Origin: the human T2T-CHM13v2.0 reference genome, Homo sapiens
Direction: 5' to 3' (one strand)
Assembly (NCBI RefSeq): GCF_009914755.1
Contig: NC_060945.1
DNA length: 64,000 nt
Made by a program: the position numbers and the translations under genes. Positions 24,425 through 45,125 of this stretch are shown piece by piece (within the stretch, counting starts at the first letter, position 1; each line of letters begins with the position of its first letter). The notes below the pieces were generated by a model, which did no database searches, was not told where the DNA came from, and saw only the letters and a list, made by a program, of their open reading frames with translations.

Positions 24425-24852
24425 CGGGGGAGGGGAAGGGGGGAGGGGGAAGGGGAAGGGGGAAGGGGGAGGGGGAGGTGGGAGGGGGAGGGGGAAGGGG
24501 GAGGGGGAAGCGGGAACGGGGGAGGGGGAAGCGGGAACGGGGGAGGGGGGAGGGGGAGGGGGAGGGGGGAGGGGGAGGGGGAGGGGGAGGGGAGGGGGAA
24601 GGGGGAGGGGGAAGCGGGAACGGGGGAGGGGAGATGGGGAGGGGGAGGGGGGAGGGGGAGGGGGAAGGGGGAGGGGGAAGCGGGAACGGGGGAGGGGAGA
24701 TGGGGAGGGGGAGGGGGGAGGGGGAGGGGGGAGGGGGAGGGGGAAGCGGGAACGGGGGAGGGGGAAGGGGGAGGGGGGAGGGGGAAGGGGGAGGGGGAAC
24801 GGGGGAGGGGATATGGGGAGGGGGAGGGGGAGGGGGAAGCGGGGAGAGGGGG
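24425..24852. repeat. G-run polypurine tract downstream of SPATC1L
   Basis: (GGGGGA)n interspersed with GGGGAAGCGGGAAC units. Confidence 0.96.
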
Positions 24853-25159
24853 CCCCTGCCGGCTGCGGCTCCTTCCTGGCTTCCCTCCTTGAGCACCGAG
24901 CGGCGCTTCCTGCAGGCGGAGCAGCGGCCGAGGCGCCCTCCACGCCCTCAAAGAGCCAGAGGTAAAGGCAGACATGCAAACGGATGATTTTAATGAGGGG
25001 TGAGAAGCACTCCGCAGGTGCGGGCAGCGGCGGGCTGCGGTCGGGGCCCAGCACCGGTGGGAGCGGGGCCTTCTCTGGCCTCGCGCGCGGGGGACGCGGC
25101 CCTTTCCCCTCCGGGGGGATGCGCAGGAGGCACCGCGGCCCCGGGTTGGAACAAACGCG

Positions 25160-25165
25160 TTTACT
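25160..25165 (-). terminator. Probable SPATC1L polyA signal (variant AGTAAA); alternative ATTAAA at 24989-24994
   Basis: Hexamer 28 nt after the stop, followed by a GT-rich tract (cgcgtttgttcc). Confidence 0.55.
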
Positions 25166-25193
25166 GCAGGCAAGGCGGCGGGCGCGGGGCGGC

Positions 25194-25520
25194 TCACCAG
25201 GCGAAGAGGGGCTTGCCGTCCTCCTTGGAGAGCTCGCACAGGCAGTTGAGCAGCAGCAGCGAGTCGCCCAGGAACTTGGGGGGCACCACGTCGATGACCA
25301 GCTTGCGCAGCGCGGCCGGGCTGTTGTGCAGGGGGTTGGCGCGCAGGTCGGGCCGCTGCTTCAGGATTCCGTAGGTGTTGATGAGGAACTCGCTGAACGC
25401 CGGGTGCACGTCGCGGCTGTAGCCCAGCTTCTCCAGGCGCGCGCTCAGGGCCAGGTAGCGCTGCGTCAGCTCGCGCAGCTTCCTCTCGTCCACGGAGCCG
25501 TCCAGAGACTTGGTGGAGGT
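25194..25520 (-). CDS. SPATC1L: SPATC1L last coding exon (TSTKSLDG...EDGKPLFAW*)
   Basis: 327 nt ending in TGA; 193+351+152+327=1023 nt = 340 aa + stop. Confidence 0.96.
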   Translation of the reverse strand, partial: TSTKSLDGSVDERKLRELTQRYLALSARLEKLGYSRDVHPAFSEFLINTYGILKQRPDLRANPLHNSPAALRKLVIDVVPPKFLGDSLLLLNCLCELSKEDGKPLFAW

Positions 25521-25730
25521 CTGCGGGCGCAGCGCATGGATGGGGGTGGGGGGCTCGGGGCCCTCGGACGGGGACTTCCAGGCCCAGGGCCGATCCCTGC
25601 CCCGCCCGCCTGGGTCCCCGGGGTCCCCTCCTGCGGACAGTGCCCGGCCAGGAGCCAAGATCTGGGGGCCGCACAGGGACGGACCGAGCGCCCCGCACCC
25701 TCCTGGCCGCGCCCTCCCCACGGGGCGCAC

Positions 25731-25882
25731 CTGCTTGATCTTCTCGGGGATGTTGGCCACCGTGAAGCCGTAGAGCCGCGTCACGCCCGGGAACACGTAG
25801 GCCAGGATGCGGCGGTCCAGCTGGAAGGCGATCTCGCCCACCACGCGCGTGTCCTTCTCGGCGCCCGCGAAGCTCTGGATCT
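25731..25882 (-). CDS. SPATC1L: SPATC1L third coding exon (EIQSFAG...[12 protein letters not shown]...IPEKIKQ)
   Basis: 152 nt, AG/GT; [12 protein letters not shown] and RLYGFTV.NIPEKI speriolin C-terminal motifs. Confidence 0.96.
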
Positions 25883-26379
25883 CTGGGGGAGGGAAGGCCG
25901 GGGACAAGGTCAGGGGAGCGCGAGGATCCACTGCCCTCGAGGGTGCCCTCGGCCACGTGGGGGGCGGCTCCTCCACCCCCCTCCTCCCACCTGCCGCCAC
26001 CCCCCACTGTCTGGCAAATAGAATCTGAAAGAAAAGGAGCTTCTTAAAGTGCCAAAGGGCAAGCCAGCCTTCCCTTCCCCCTGTCCTCGGCTCCCTTCTG
26101 TCCCTTTGCGATGAGGTAAACCTTTTAATCTCGGGGGTGGGGACTGGTCCCCTGTCACGCGGGAGTCTGCCCCAGCGTCGGCCCCTGCGAGGACAGAGGA
26201 ACCCGGCCCTGGAGGTCTGAGTTGGGACGGGTCCCCTCCAGTGAGGACGCCCGTGGAACAGGGCCGGTCGGCTTGGCTGGGAGGAAGGGGGAGAGTTCTT
26301 CTGTCTTGGCAACCTCTGGGCATCAAAGGCTGCTTTAATGTTTATTCAATAAAACTGCTTCATTCTTTCCTACCTCTGA

Positions 26380-26745
<366 letters not shown>

Positions 26746-26859
26746 TAGGAGACTGCAATGCTCCCACAAAACCTGCTTCCGAACCCCCCTCCCCAGGACA
26801 GCCTCTGATGGCATCCGAGTCCGTAACAGCACATGACCTTGTCCATCTTTTTCCTGGAG

Positions 26860-28133
<1,274 letters not shown>

Positions 28134-28333
28134 CATTTATGTCTTCTTTCATTCCTTTCAGTGATGTTTGTAGTTTTCAGTGTATTTCTTTCCCAATCAC
28201 TTTTCAAGACTGCAGAAGAGGTATGTCAACACACTGCACAGAAGTGTGTTAGGGCCAATGAGGGGTGTGGAAGAGCAGGTGTAATCTCCTCCTTCTGTAT
28301 CAATGTATTTCTCTCATCAAGAATCAAGCTCTT

Positions 28334-28691
<358 letters not shown>

Positions 28692-29041
28692 CTATAGAAG
28701 AGAAATGATTCTAGTATAGGTTCTAGAAATGATTTCTAGTCCAACCTGGGCTCTGTAAGATCCAGCCAAAAACCTGTTCTTCAAAGGAAAAAGGCCATAC
28801 ATTGATAAACCTCTAGCCAGACTTAGGGGAAAAAAGAAAGAAGACAAAAATTACCACTAGCAGAAATTAGAGATGCCACTACCACAGATTCTACAGACAT
28901 AAAAAGGATAATAAGGAAGTATTAGGAATGACTTTATGCCAATAAATTTGACAACCTAGATGAAATTGACCAATTCCTTAAAAGACACAAACTACCAAAG
29001 TTCACTCAAGAAGAAATAGATACTCTGAATAGCCTTATATC

Positions 29042-29686
29042 TGATAACCTTACAGGTCACATTTGACAGTTTAAAAGTAAACAGACTTCCAAACTGGCCT
29101 GCTTGGGAAGGTCTTATGATTAATGGTCCCTGAGTAAAGAATCTTATCATGATTTCCTCAGATTGCTGATGTGCTGATTAATGGACTGAAAAGATGCTGA
29201 TTTATTCCTGAATCATAAAGGTTTACTGACTGTCTTGCACAGAGATGTGTTGACCTGTATGTTGTCATCTGTAGCCAATGCTTGTAACCTCTGTGTTGTA
29301 CCCTCCAAAGAAAAGGACAACATGAGTATGAGGAGTCCTTTCTCTCCTCCTAGCCTCTCCTGTAGAAGCCTTCTGACTTAGATATGAGTATGAGTCCTTT
29401 CCCTCCTCTTAGCCTCTCCTATAGAAACCTTCTGACTAGAAAAGGACAACATGAGTATGAGGAGTCCTTTCCCTCCTCCTAGCCTCTCCTATAGAAGCCT
29501 TCTGACTTAGACATGAGTATGAGGAGTCCTTTCCCTCCTCCTAGCCTCTCCTATAGAAACCTTCTGACTTAGATTCCAGAACACTCTCAACTTTGTTGGT
29601 GTGTTCCTCTGGGTTGATCCTCACATTTGGCTTCCAATAAACCTTTATCGAATTATTTGTCTCAACAGCCTTAATTTCAGTTGACA
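29042..29686 (+). mobile_element. Solo LTR (probably ERV1 class, subfamily unresolved) with an internal ~60-bp tandem repeat x4, inserted in an L1 ORF2 fragment
   Basis: TG...CA ends, AATAAA near the 3' end, near-TSD ATATC/TTATC; L1 ORF2 sequence resumes on both sides. Confidence 0.65.
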
Positions 29687-29769
29687 TTATCAATAAAATG
29701 GAATTTGTAGGGGGAAAATGTTCCCACAGAGACCATTCAAGGCTCGGGTAGTTTCAGCGGTGAATTCTA

Positions 29770-30210
<441 letters not shown>

Positions 30211-32129
30211 TCAAATCGATGAATGATAGTATGTGAGTTTGGTCAAAAACAACCAAGAAACTTTGAATGTAAATAGACTAAACTCTCCAATCAAAAGACG
30301 GAGTGGCTGAATGGATAAAAAAAAAACAAGACCCAACCATCTGCTGCCTACAAGAAACACACGTCGCCTATAAAGACTCACACAGACTGAAAATAAAGGG
30401 ATAGAAAAGGATATTCCATGCAAATGAGAACCAAAAAAGAGCAGTAGCAGCCATAGTTATATCAAAGTGGATTTCAAGACAAAAACTATAACAAGAGACA
30501 AAGAAGGTCATTATATAATGATAAAGGGGTCAATTCAGCAAGAGGATATAACAGTTATAAATATATATGCACCCAACACTGGAGCACCCAGATATGTAAA
30601 GCAAATATTACTAGAGCTAAATCGAGAGACAGACCCCAGTACAATAGTAACTGGAGACTTCAATACGCATTTTCACCCTTGGACAGATCTTTAAGACAGA
30701 AAATCAAAGAAATATCAGACTTAATCTATACTATAGACCAAATGAACATGATAGATATTTACAGAACATTTCATCCAACAGGTGCAGAATACACCTGCTT
30801 CTCATTAGCACATGGATCATTCTCAAGGATAGACCATATGCTAGGCTGCAAAACAAGTCTTTAAAAATCAAAAAAATTGAAATTATATCAAGTATCTTCT
30901 CCGACCATAATGGAATAAAATGAAATCAATAACAAAAGGAATTTTGGAAATTATACCAACACATAGAAATTAAACAATACGCTCCTGGATGGCCAGTGCA
31001 TCAGTGAAGAAATTAAGAAGGAAATTTTAAAAATGTCTTGAAACAAATGATAATGGAAACACAACACACCAAAACCTACTATGTACTAGATTCAGCAAAA
31101 GCCATACTAAGAGCTATAGCTGTAAGTGCTAAGAGTTTATAGTTATGAGTGCCTATATCAAAAAAGTAGAAAAACTTCAAATAAGCTAATGATTCATCTT
31201 ACAGAGCTAGAAATGCAAGAGCAAACCAAATCCAAAATTAGAAGAAAAATAATTAAGATCAGAGAAGAAATAAATGAAATTTAAATGAAGAAAACAATAC
31301 AACAGATCAATGTAACAAAAAATCGGTTATTTGAAAAGATAAATAAAATTGACAGGCCAGGCATGGTGGCTCATGCCTGTAATCCCAGCATTTTGGGAGG
31401 CCGAGGCAGGCGAATTGCTTCAGCCCGGGAGGTCAAGACCAGCCTGGGCATCGTAGCAAAATCCCATCTCTACAATAACAAAAACACAAAAACCAAAAAA
31501 TTAGCCAGGCCTGGTGGCATACACCTGTAGTCCCAGATACCTGGGAGGCTGAGGTGGGAGGCTGGCCTGAGCCTCAGGTGGATATCTACATGCAAACCTC
31601 ACACCATATATGAAAATTAACTTGGAATTGATCAGAGACCTACATGTAAAACCTAAACTATAAAACTTCTAGAACAACACACAGGAGAGAATCTGTGTGA
31701 CCTTGGGCTTGGCAAAGATTTCTTAAACTGAACATAAAAAGCATAAAATACAAAAGAAAAATCAATAAATTGGACATCATCAAATTAAACAGTTTTGCTC
31801 ATCAAAAAACATTATTATGAAAATGAAAAACCATGGAGTGGGAGACCGTATCTGCAAAACATACACCCAAAAAAGGACTCATATCCAGACACATAAAGAA
31901 CTCTCACAACTTCCCAAGAAGAAGATAAGCAACCCATTTTATCTTTAAAGATGGACAAAAGACTAGGACAGACACAGCCTTGGACCCCAGCCTCCCAGCC
32001 TGGCTCTCCTCCCTCCACTCTGTGTGACTGGATGGAGAAACGGCCCTGCCTGACCACCCAGTCATGCCCTCCCCACAGCTGCCAGCCTGCACTGGGGGCC
32101 CCCCCAGGTGCCCCCGCACCCGGCCATAC

Positions 32130-32480
32130 CATTGAGGTAGTAGCTCCTCCTGGTCCTGTCCCCGGTGGGCAGGCTGCTCTCCGAGAAACACACCTTCTTA
32201 GGCCGGACCATCTCCCTGGGCTCCAGCAGGGTCTTGTCCACCAGTGAGTCTTGCAAGGGGCTCAGGAGCGGGGACAGCTTCCTGTCGGTGCCTCGGTGGC
32301 TATGTGGCTCTGGGGGACTGAGGAAGGCCTTGAAGGGTGCCTGGGAGGGGGCTGCACAGCCCGGGGAGGTGTCGTCCTCGCTGGACAGGGGGGCATGTGA
32401 GCACAGCAGGTCCTCCAGGGAGGATGTCTGCAGTTGGGAGGGCGTGTCGGCAACACTCGTGAACCTTCCGAAATCTGGAA
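32130..32480 (-). CDS. SPATC1L: SPATC1L second coding exon ([12 protein letters not shown]...RRSYYLN)
   Basis: 351 nt, cctcag acceptor, GTATG donor, phase 1-1, open frame. Confidence 0.93.
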
Positions 32481-33053
32481 CTGAGGCGGGGAGGAAAGGG
32501 ATGAGAAATCAGGCTGATGCTCCTAAAACATTCCTGGGAAGTATAAAGAACATGTTAACAACCCCTATGCACCCCACCCCAAGCTTCAACACCTGCCGGG
32601 GTTTCCCTGGCTTCAGAGCATCCTCCTTCCCCTCAGGCCTCAAGTGTAAAAGGAGGAGCTGGATGTGGTGAAGTGGCCACAGGTGCCCATCCTGCCCGTG
32701 GGAGCACTGCGTCTATGGGCACAGCAAGCGGGCAGGCCTCCGTGTGCCTCCTGCCTGCCTGTGTGCCCACACACACTGGAGAATGACTTTTATATGCTTA
32801 AGTTGTACATAAATGGTAGCACCCTACACATTTTATTCTGCAACTGAACTTTTTGCTGCTGCATTATCTCTTTGAGATTTATCCACCCTGAGCCATCTGG
32901 TAGCTACCTGGTTCATTTAACTGTTTCCTGGCAACTCTGTACACATGAGCACAAATACAGACACACACACTGAATTTTTAACCCTTGCCCTATTGATGGA
33001 CAGGGCTTGTTTCCATGTTTCCGTGCAAACACACAGCTGTAATCGGCCTCCCG

Positions 33054-36000
33054 GGAGGAGCCTTCTGCTCTGTGAGCATCCTCTGTGGATGGGGAGGAGC
33101 CTCCTGCTCTGTGAGCATCCTCTGTGGATGGGGAGGAGCCCCCTGCTCTGTGAGCATCCTCTGTGGATGGGGAGGAGCCTCCTGCTCTGTGTACATCCTC
33201 TGTGGATGGGGAGGAGCCCCCTGCTCTGTGAGCATCCTCTGTGGATGGGGAGGAGCCCCTGCTCTGTGAGCATCCTCTGTGGATGGGGAGGAGCCCCCTG
33301 CTCTGTGAGCATCCTCTGTGGATGGGGAGGAGCCTCCTGCTCTGTGTACATCCTCTGTGGATGGGGAGGAGCCCCCTGCTCTGTGAGCATCCTCTGTGGA
33401 TGGGGAGGAGCCCCTGCTCTCTGAGCATCCTCTGTGGATGGGGAGGAGCCCCCTGCTCTGTGAGCATCCTCTGTGGATGGGGAGGAGCCCCTGCTCTGTG
33501 AGCATCCTCTGTGGATGGGGAGGAGCCTCCTGCTCTGTGAACATCCTCTGTGGATGGGGAGGAGCCCCCTGCTCTGTGAGCATCCTCTGTGGATGGGGAG
33601 GAGCCCCTGCTCTGTGAGCATCCTCTGTGGATGGGGAGGAGCCTCTGCTCTGTGAGCATCCTCTGTGGATGGGGAGGAGCCTCCTGCTTTGTGAGCATCC
33701 TCTGTGGATGGGGAGGAGCCCCTGCTCTGTGAGCATCCTCTGTGGATGGGGAGGAGCCTCCTGCTCTGTGAGCATCCTCTGTGGATGGGGAGGAGCCCCC
33801 TGCTCTGTGAACATCCTCTGTGGATGGGGAGGAGCCCCCTACTCTGTGAACATCCTCTGTGGATGGGGAGGAGCCTCCTGCTCTGTGAGCATCCTCGTGG
33901 ATGGGGAGGAGCCCCCTGCTCTGTGAACATCCTCTGTGGATGGGGAGGAGCCTCCCTGCTCTGTGAGCATCCTCTGTGGATGGGGAGGAGCCTCCTGCTC
34001 TGTGAGCATCCTCTGTGGATGGGGAGGAGCCTCCCTGCTCTGTGAGCATCCTCTGTGGATGGGGAGGAGCCTCCTGCTCTGTGAGCATCCTCTGTGGTCC
34101 AGGAGGAGCCTCCTGCTCTGTGAACATCCTCTGTGGATGGGGAGGAGCCTCCCTGCTCTGTGAGCATCCTCTGTGGATGGGGAGGAGCCTCCTGCTCTGT
34201 GAGCATCCTCTGTGGTCCAGGAGGAGCCTCCTGCTCTGTGAACATCCTCTGTGGATGTGGAGGAGCCCCCTGCTCTGTGAGCATCCTCTGTGGATGGGGA
34301 GGAGCCCCCTGCTCTGTGAGCATCCTCTGTGGATGGGGAGGAGCCCCTGCTCTGTGAGCATCCTCTGTGGATGGGGAGGAGCCTCCTGCTCTGTGTACAT
34401 CCTCTGTGGATGGGGAGGAGCCCCCTGCTCTGTGAGCATCCTCTGTGGATGGGGAGGAGCCCCTGCTCTGTGAGCATCCTCTGTGGATGGGGAGGAGCCC
34501 CCTGCTCTGTGAGCATCCTCTGTGGATGGGGAGGAGCCCCTGCTCTGTGAGCATCCTCTGTGGATGGGGAGGAGCCTCCTGCTCTGTGAACATCCTCTGT
34601 GGATGGGGAGGAGCCCCCTGCTCTGTGAGCATCCTCTGTGGATGGGGAGGAGCCCCTGCTCTGTGAGCATCCTCTGTGGATGGGGAGGAGCCTCTGCTCT
34701 GTGAGCATCCTCTGTGGATGGGGAGGAGCCTCCTGCTCTGTGAGCATCCTCTGTGGATGGGGAGGAGCCCCTGCTCTGTGAGCATCCTCTGTGGATGGGG
34801 AGGAGCCTCCTGCTCTGTGAGCATCCTCTGTGGATGGGGAGGAGCCCCCTGCTCTGTGAACATCCTCTGTGGATGGGGAGGAGCCCCCTATTCTGTGAAC
34901 ATCCTCTGTGGATGGGGAGGAGCCTCCTGCTCTGTGAGCATCCTCGTGGATGGGGAGGAGCCCCCTGCTCTGTGAACATCCTCTGTGGATGGGGAGGAGC
35001 CTCCCTGCTCTGTGAGCATCCTCTGTGGATGGGGAGGAGCCTCCTGCTCTGTGAGCATCCTCTGTGGATGGGGAGGAGCCCCCTGCTCTGTGAACATCCT
35101 CTGTGGATGGGGAGGAGCCTCCTGCTCTGTGAGCATCCTCTGTGGATGGGGAGGAGCCTCCCTGCTCTGTGAGCATCCTCTGTGGATGGGGAGGAGCCTC
35201 CTGCTCTGTGAGCATCCTCTGTGGTCCAGGAGGAGCCTCCTGCTCTGTGAACATCCTCTGTGGATGGGGAGGAGCCTCCCTGCTCTGTGAGCATCCTCTG
35301 TGGATGGGGAGGAGCCTCCTGCTCTGTGAGCATCCTCTGTGGTCCAGGAGGAGCCTCCTTCTCTGTGAACATCCTCTGTGGATGTGGAGGAGCCCCCTGC
35401 TCTGTGAACATCCTCTGTGGATGGGGAGGAGCCTCCTGCTCTGTGAGCATCCTCTGTGGATGGGGAGGAGCCTCCTGCTCTGTGAGCATCCTCTGTGGTC
35501 CAGGAGGAGCCTCCTGCTCTGTGAACATCCTCTGTGGATGGGGAGGAGCCCCCTGCTCTGTGAACATCCTCTGTGGATGGGGAGGAGCCCCCTACTCTGT
35601 GAACATCCTCTGTGGATGGGGAGGAGCCTCCTGCTCTGTGAGCATCCTCTGTGGATGGGGAGGAGCCTCCCTGCTCTGTGAGCATCCTCTGTGGATGGGG
35701 AGGAGCCTCCCTGCTCTGTGAGCATCCTCTGTGGATGGGGAGGAGCCTCCCTGCTCTGTGAACATCCTCTGTGGATGGGGAGGAGCCTCCCTGCTCTGTG
35801 AACATCCTCTGTGGATAGGGAGGAGCCTCCTGCTCTGTGAGCATCCTCTGTGGTCCAGGAGGAGCCTCCTGCTCTGTGAACATCCTCTGTGGATGGGGAG
35901 GAGCTTCCCTGCTCTGTGAACATCCTCTGTGGATGGGGAGGAGCCTCCTGCTCTGTGAGCATCCTCTGTGGTCCAGGAGGAGCCTCCTGCTCTGTGAACA

Positions 36001-36800
36001 TCCTCTGTGGATGGGGAGGAGCCCCCTGCTCTGTGAACATCCTCTGTGGATGGGGAGGAGCCTCCTGCTCTGTGAGCATCCTCTGTGGATGGGGAGGAGC
36101 CCCCTACTCTGTGAACATCCTCTGTGGATGGGGAGGAGCCTCCTGCTCTGTGAGCATCCTCTGTGGATGGGGAGGAGCCTCCCTGCTCTGTGAGCATCCT
36201 CTGTGGATGGGGAGGAGCCTCCCTGCTCTGTGAACATCCTCTGTGGATGGGGAGGAGCCTCCCTGCTCTGTGAACATCCTCTGTGGATAGGGAGGAGCCT
36301 CCTGCTCTGTGAGCATCTTCTGTGGTCCAGGAGGAGCCTCCTGCTCTGTGAACATCCTCTGTGGATGGGGAGGAGCTTCCCTGCTCTGTGAACATCCTCT
36401 GTGGATGGGGAGGAGCCTCCCTGCTCTGTGAACATCCTCTGTGGATGGGGAGGAGCCTCCTGCTCTGTGAGCATCCTCTGTGGTCCAGGAGGAGCCTCCT
36501 GCTCTGTGAACATCCTCTGTGGATGGGGAGGAGCCCTCTGCTCTCTGAACATCCTCTGTGGATGGGGAGGAGCCTCCCTGCTCTGTGAGCATCCTCTGTG
36601 GATGGGGAGGAGCCTCCCTGCTCTGTGAACATCCTCTGTGGATGGGGAGGAGCCTCCTGCTCTGTGAACATCCTCTGTGGATGGGGAGGAGCTTCCCTGC
36701 TCTGTAAACATCCTCTGTGGATGGGGAGGAGCCTCCTGCTCTGTGAACATCCTTTGTGGATGGGGAGGAGCCTCCTGCTCTGTGAACATCCTCTGTGGTC
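33054..36800. repeat. 39-bp (38-40) VNTR, ~96 copies, in the large SPATC1L intron
   Basis: Unit GGAGGAGCCTCCTGCTCTGTGAGCATCCTCTGTGGATGG. Confidence 0.98.
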
Positions 36801-37099
36801 TGACGCTGGGCTCAGGTGTGTTCACTTTCTTTGCTTTCCACACCAAGGGGGAGGGTCCATGCCCACCAACACCTCCTGGCCCCACACCCTCATGAGGACT
36901 GAATATTCCCCAACCAGGCTGATGAGGTCATGTGGCATTTCCCCAATCCCTGGCCAAATTTAGCTTATCTATGCCTTTATGGCTTATGAAATTCTATTCT
37001 ACCTCCATGTCATGTGTATTCTCCTAGCAATAAAGCAAATACATATTAGAGAAAGTGTTCGGAGCCATATCAAAAAATTATACCTTAAAATGTGCCTAC

Positions 37100-37184
37100 T
37101 GGAGCTTGCAGTGAGCCAAGATCGTGCCACTGCAATCCAGCCTGGGCGACAGAGCAAGAATCCATCTCAAAAAAAAAAAAAAAA
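37100..37184 (+). mobile_element. Heavily 5'-truncated AluY-like insertion
   Basis: Only the 3' ~70 nt plus A-tail; TSD AAAATGTGCCTAC. Confidence 0.85.
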
Positions 37185-37759
37185 TGTGCCTACAAAGGAA
37201 CCAACTAATCTTCCCTCTGAAATGTTTTCCAAGGAAAAAAAGTTCGAAAGAAGCAAAGTCATCAGCGTGTGCCCGGCCTCCTGCCACGTGGGAGGCCTGG
37301 AGTCCTCAGGCTTCACAGACCCCCCACCCCAGACACTTTTCAAATTATAAAAGAATATTATGTACAATTATGTATTAATTAAAATTTCAATAAAAGGAGA
37401 TAGCCTGGAAAATTACTTTCAAGTGACTCAATAAGAAGTAGAAAACCTAAATGAACCAATACACAAAGAAGGAAAATCTAAAAGTTATGAAATGATTATT
37501 CCCCAGAGGGCTGCAGGCCTGGATGGTCTGTGGGTGAGTGTGCCAAGTTCCCAAACAAGTCATAATCCCGACATCATACAAATGAGGCTGGAACCGTAGA
37601 ACAGGTTAAAAGATGCTCAATTAGGTTTCAAAATTTGTCACAACTCTGATGTCAAATTCCTACAAAGATAACCCCCAGAAAAAAAAAAAAAAAAAAAAAA
37701 AAACCATGGCCAGGCCAAAAATAATTGCACAAAGTCTCATCCAAACATGATCAAGAACA

Positions 37760-38080
37760 CACAGCACGAGGCAGGAGTGTGCACAGAGCATGAGGCAGGA
37801 GTGCAGAGCATGAGGCGGGGGATGCACAGAGCATGAGGCGGGGGATGCACAGAGCATGAGGCCGGGGTATGCAAAGCACGAGGCGGGGGATGCACAGAGC
37901 GTGAGACGGGGGATGCACAGAGCGTGAGGCGGAGGATGCACAGAGCGTGAGGCGGGGGTTGTGCAGAGCACAAAGCGGGGAGGTGTGCAGAGCACAAGAT
38001 GGGGGTGGAGAGCATGAGGCAGGGGTGTGTGCAGAGCACGAGGCGGTGGGGTGGAGAGCAAGAGGCAGGGTGTGCAGAAC
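37760..38080. repeat. Degenerate ~23-bp tandem repeat
   Basis: GATGCACAGAGC(A/G)TGAGGCGGGG. Confidence 0.88.
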
Positions 38081-38431
38081 CCAGTGGCTGTGCAGCGTAG
38101 CAAGATACCAGATACGGTCCCTGGCAAGAAGCTGAGTTACCTCCACTGGTACAGAGATAGGCTCACAAACACCGAACAAGATGAGCCATTTCTCAAATTT
38201 TCTGTTTTCCAAAAATAAGAACAGGAAGGACTCTTCCACAGCATCCAGCCTGTGCAAACCTCCCTCCTCTGGGCAGATGGGACCGTTGGTCCTTCCCACA
38301 GCTGGTCAGGAGGACCAGGATGCGGCCAAAACCCTCTCTCACCTTCCCTGGACGAGGCCCCATGAAAGTCAAGGCCAAGGCCCGAGTTCTGAGTAATAAG
38401 GACAAAGACAGAAATAAGAAGTTCATGTGGA

Positions 38432-45125
<6,694 letters not shown>

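Larger units (their letters stand above)
23850..26250. promoter_or_regulatory. CpG island over the SPATC1L 3' end
   Basis: Dense CpG/GC across the last two exons and the downstream flank; approximate limits. Confidence 0.75.

Noticed and set aside
23805-26021. Formin/extensin-like proline-rich ORFs and a 345-aa plus-strand ORF
   Set aside because: G-run tract translations and an antisense shadow of GC-rich SPATC1L exons
33054-36800. CRISPR-like appearance of the 39-, 50- and 53-bp arrays
   Set aside because: Units are head-to-tail with no unique spacers, there are no cas genes, and the context is human
32913-36885. Very long minus-strand ORFs (884, 746, 665 and 648 aa)
   Set aside because: Translations of the 39-bp VNTR, whose unit lacks stops in all three minus frames; frames swap at 38/40-bp units; no domain or exon structure
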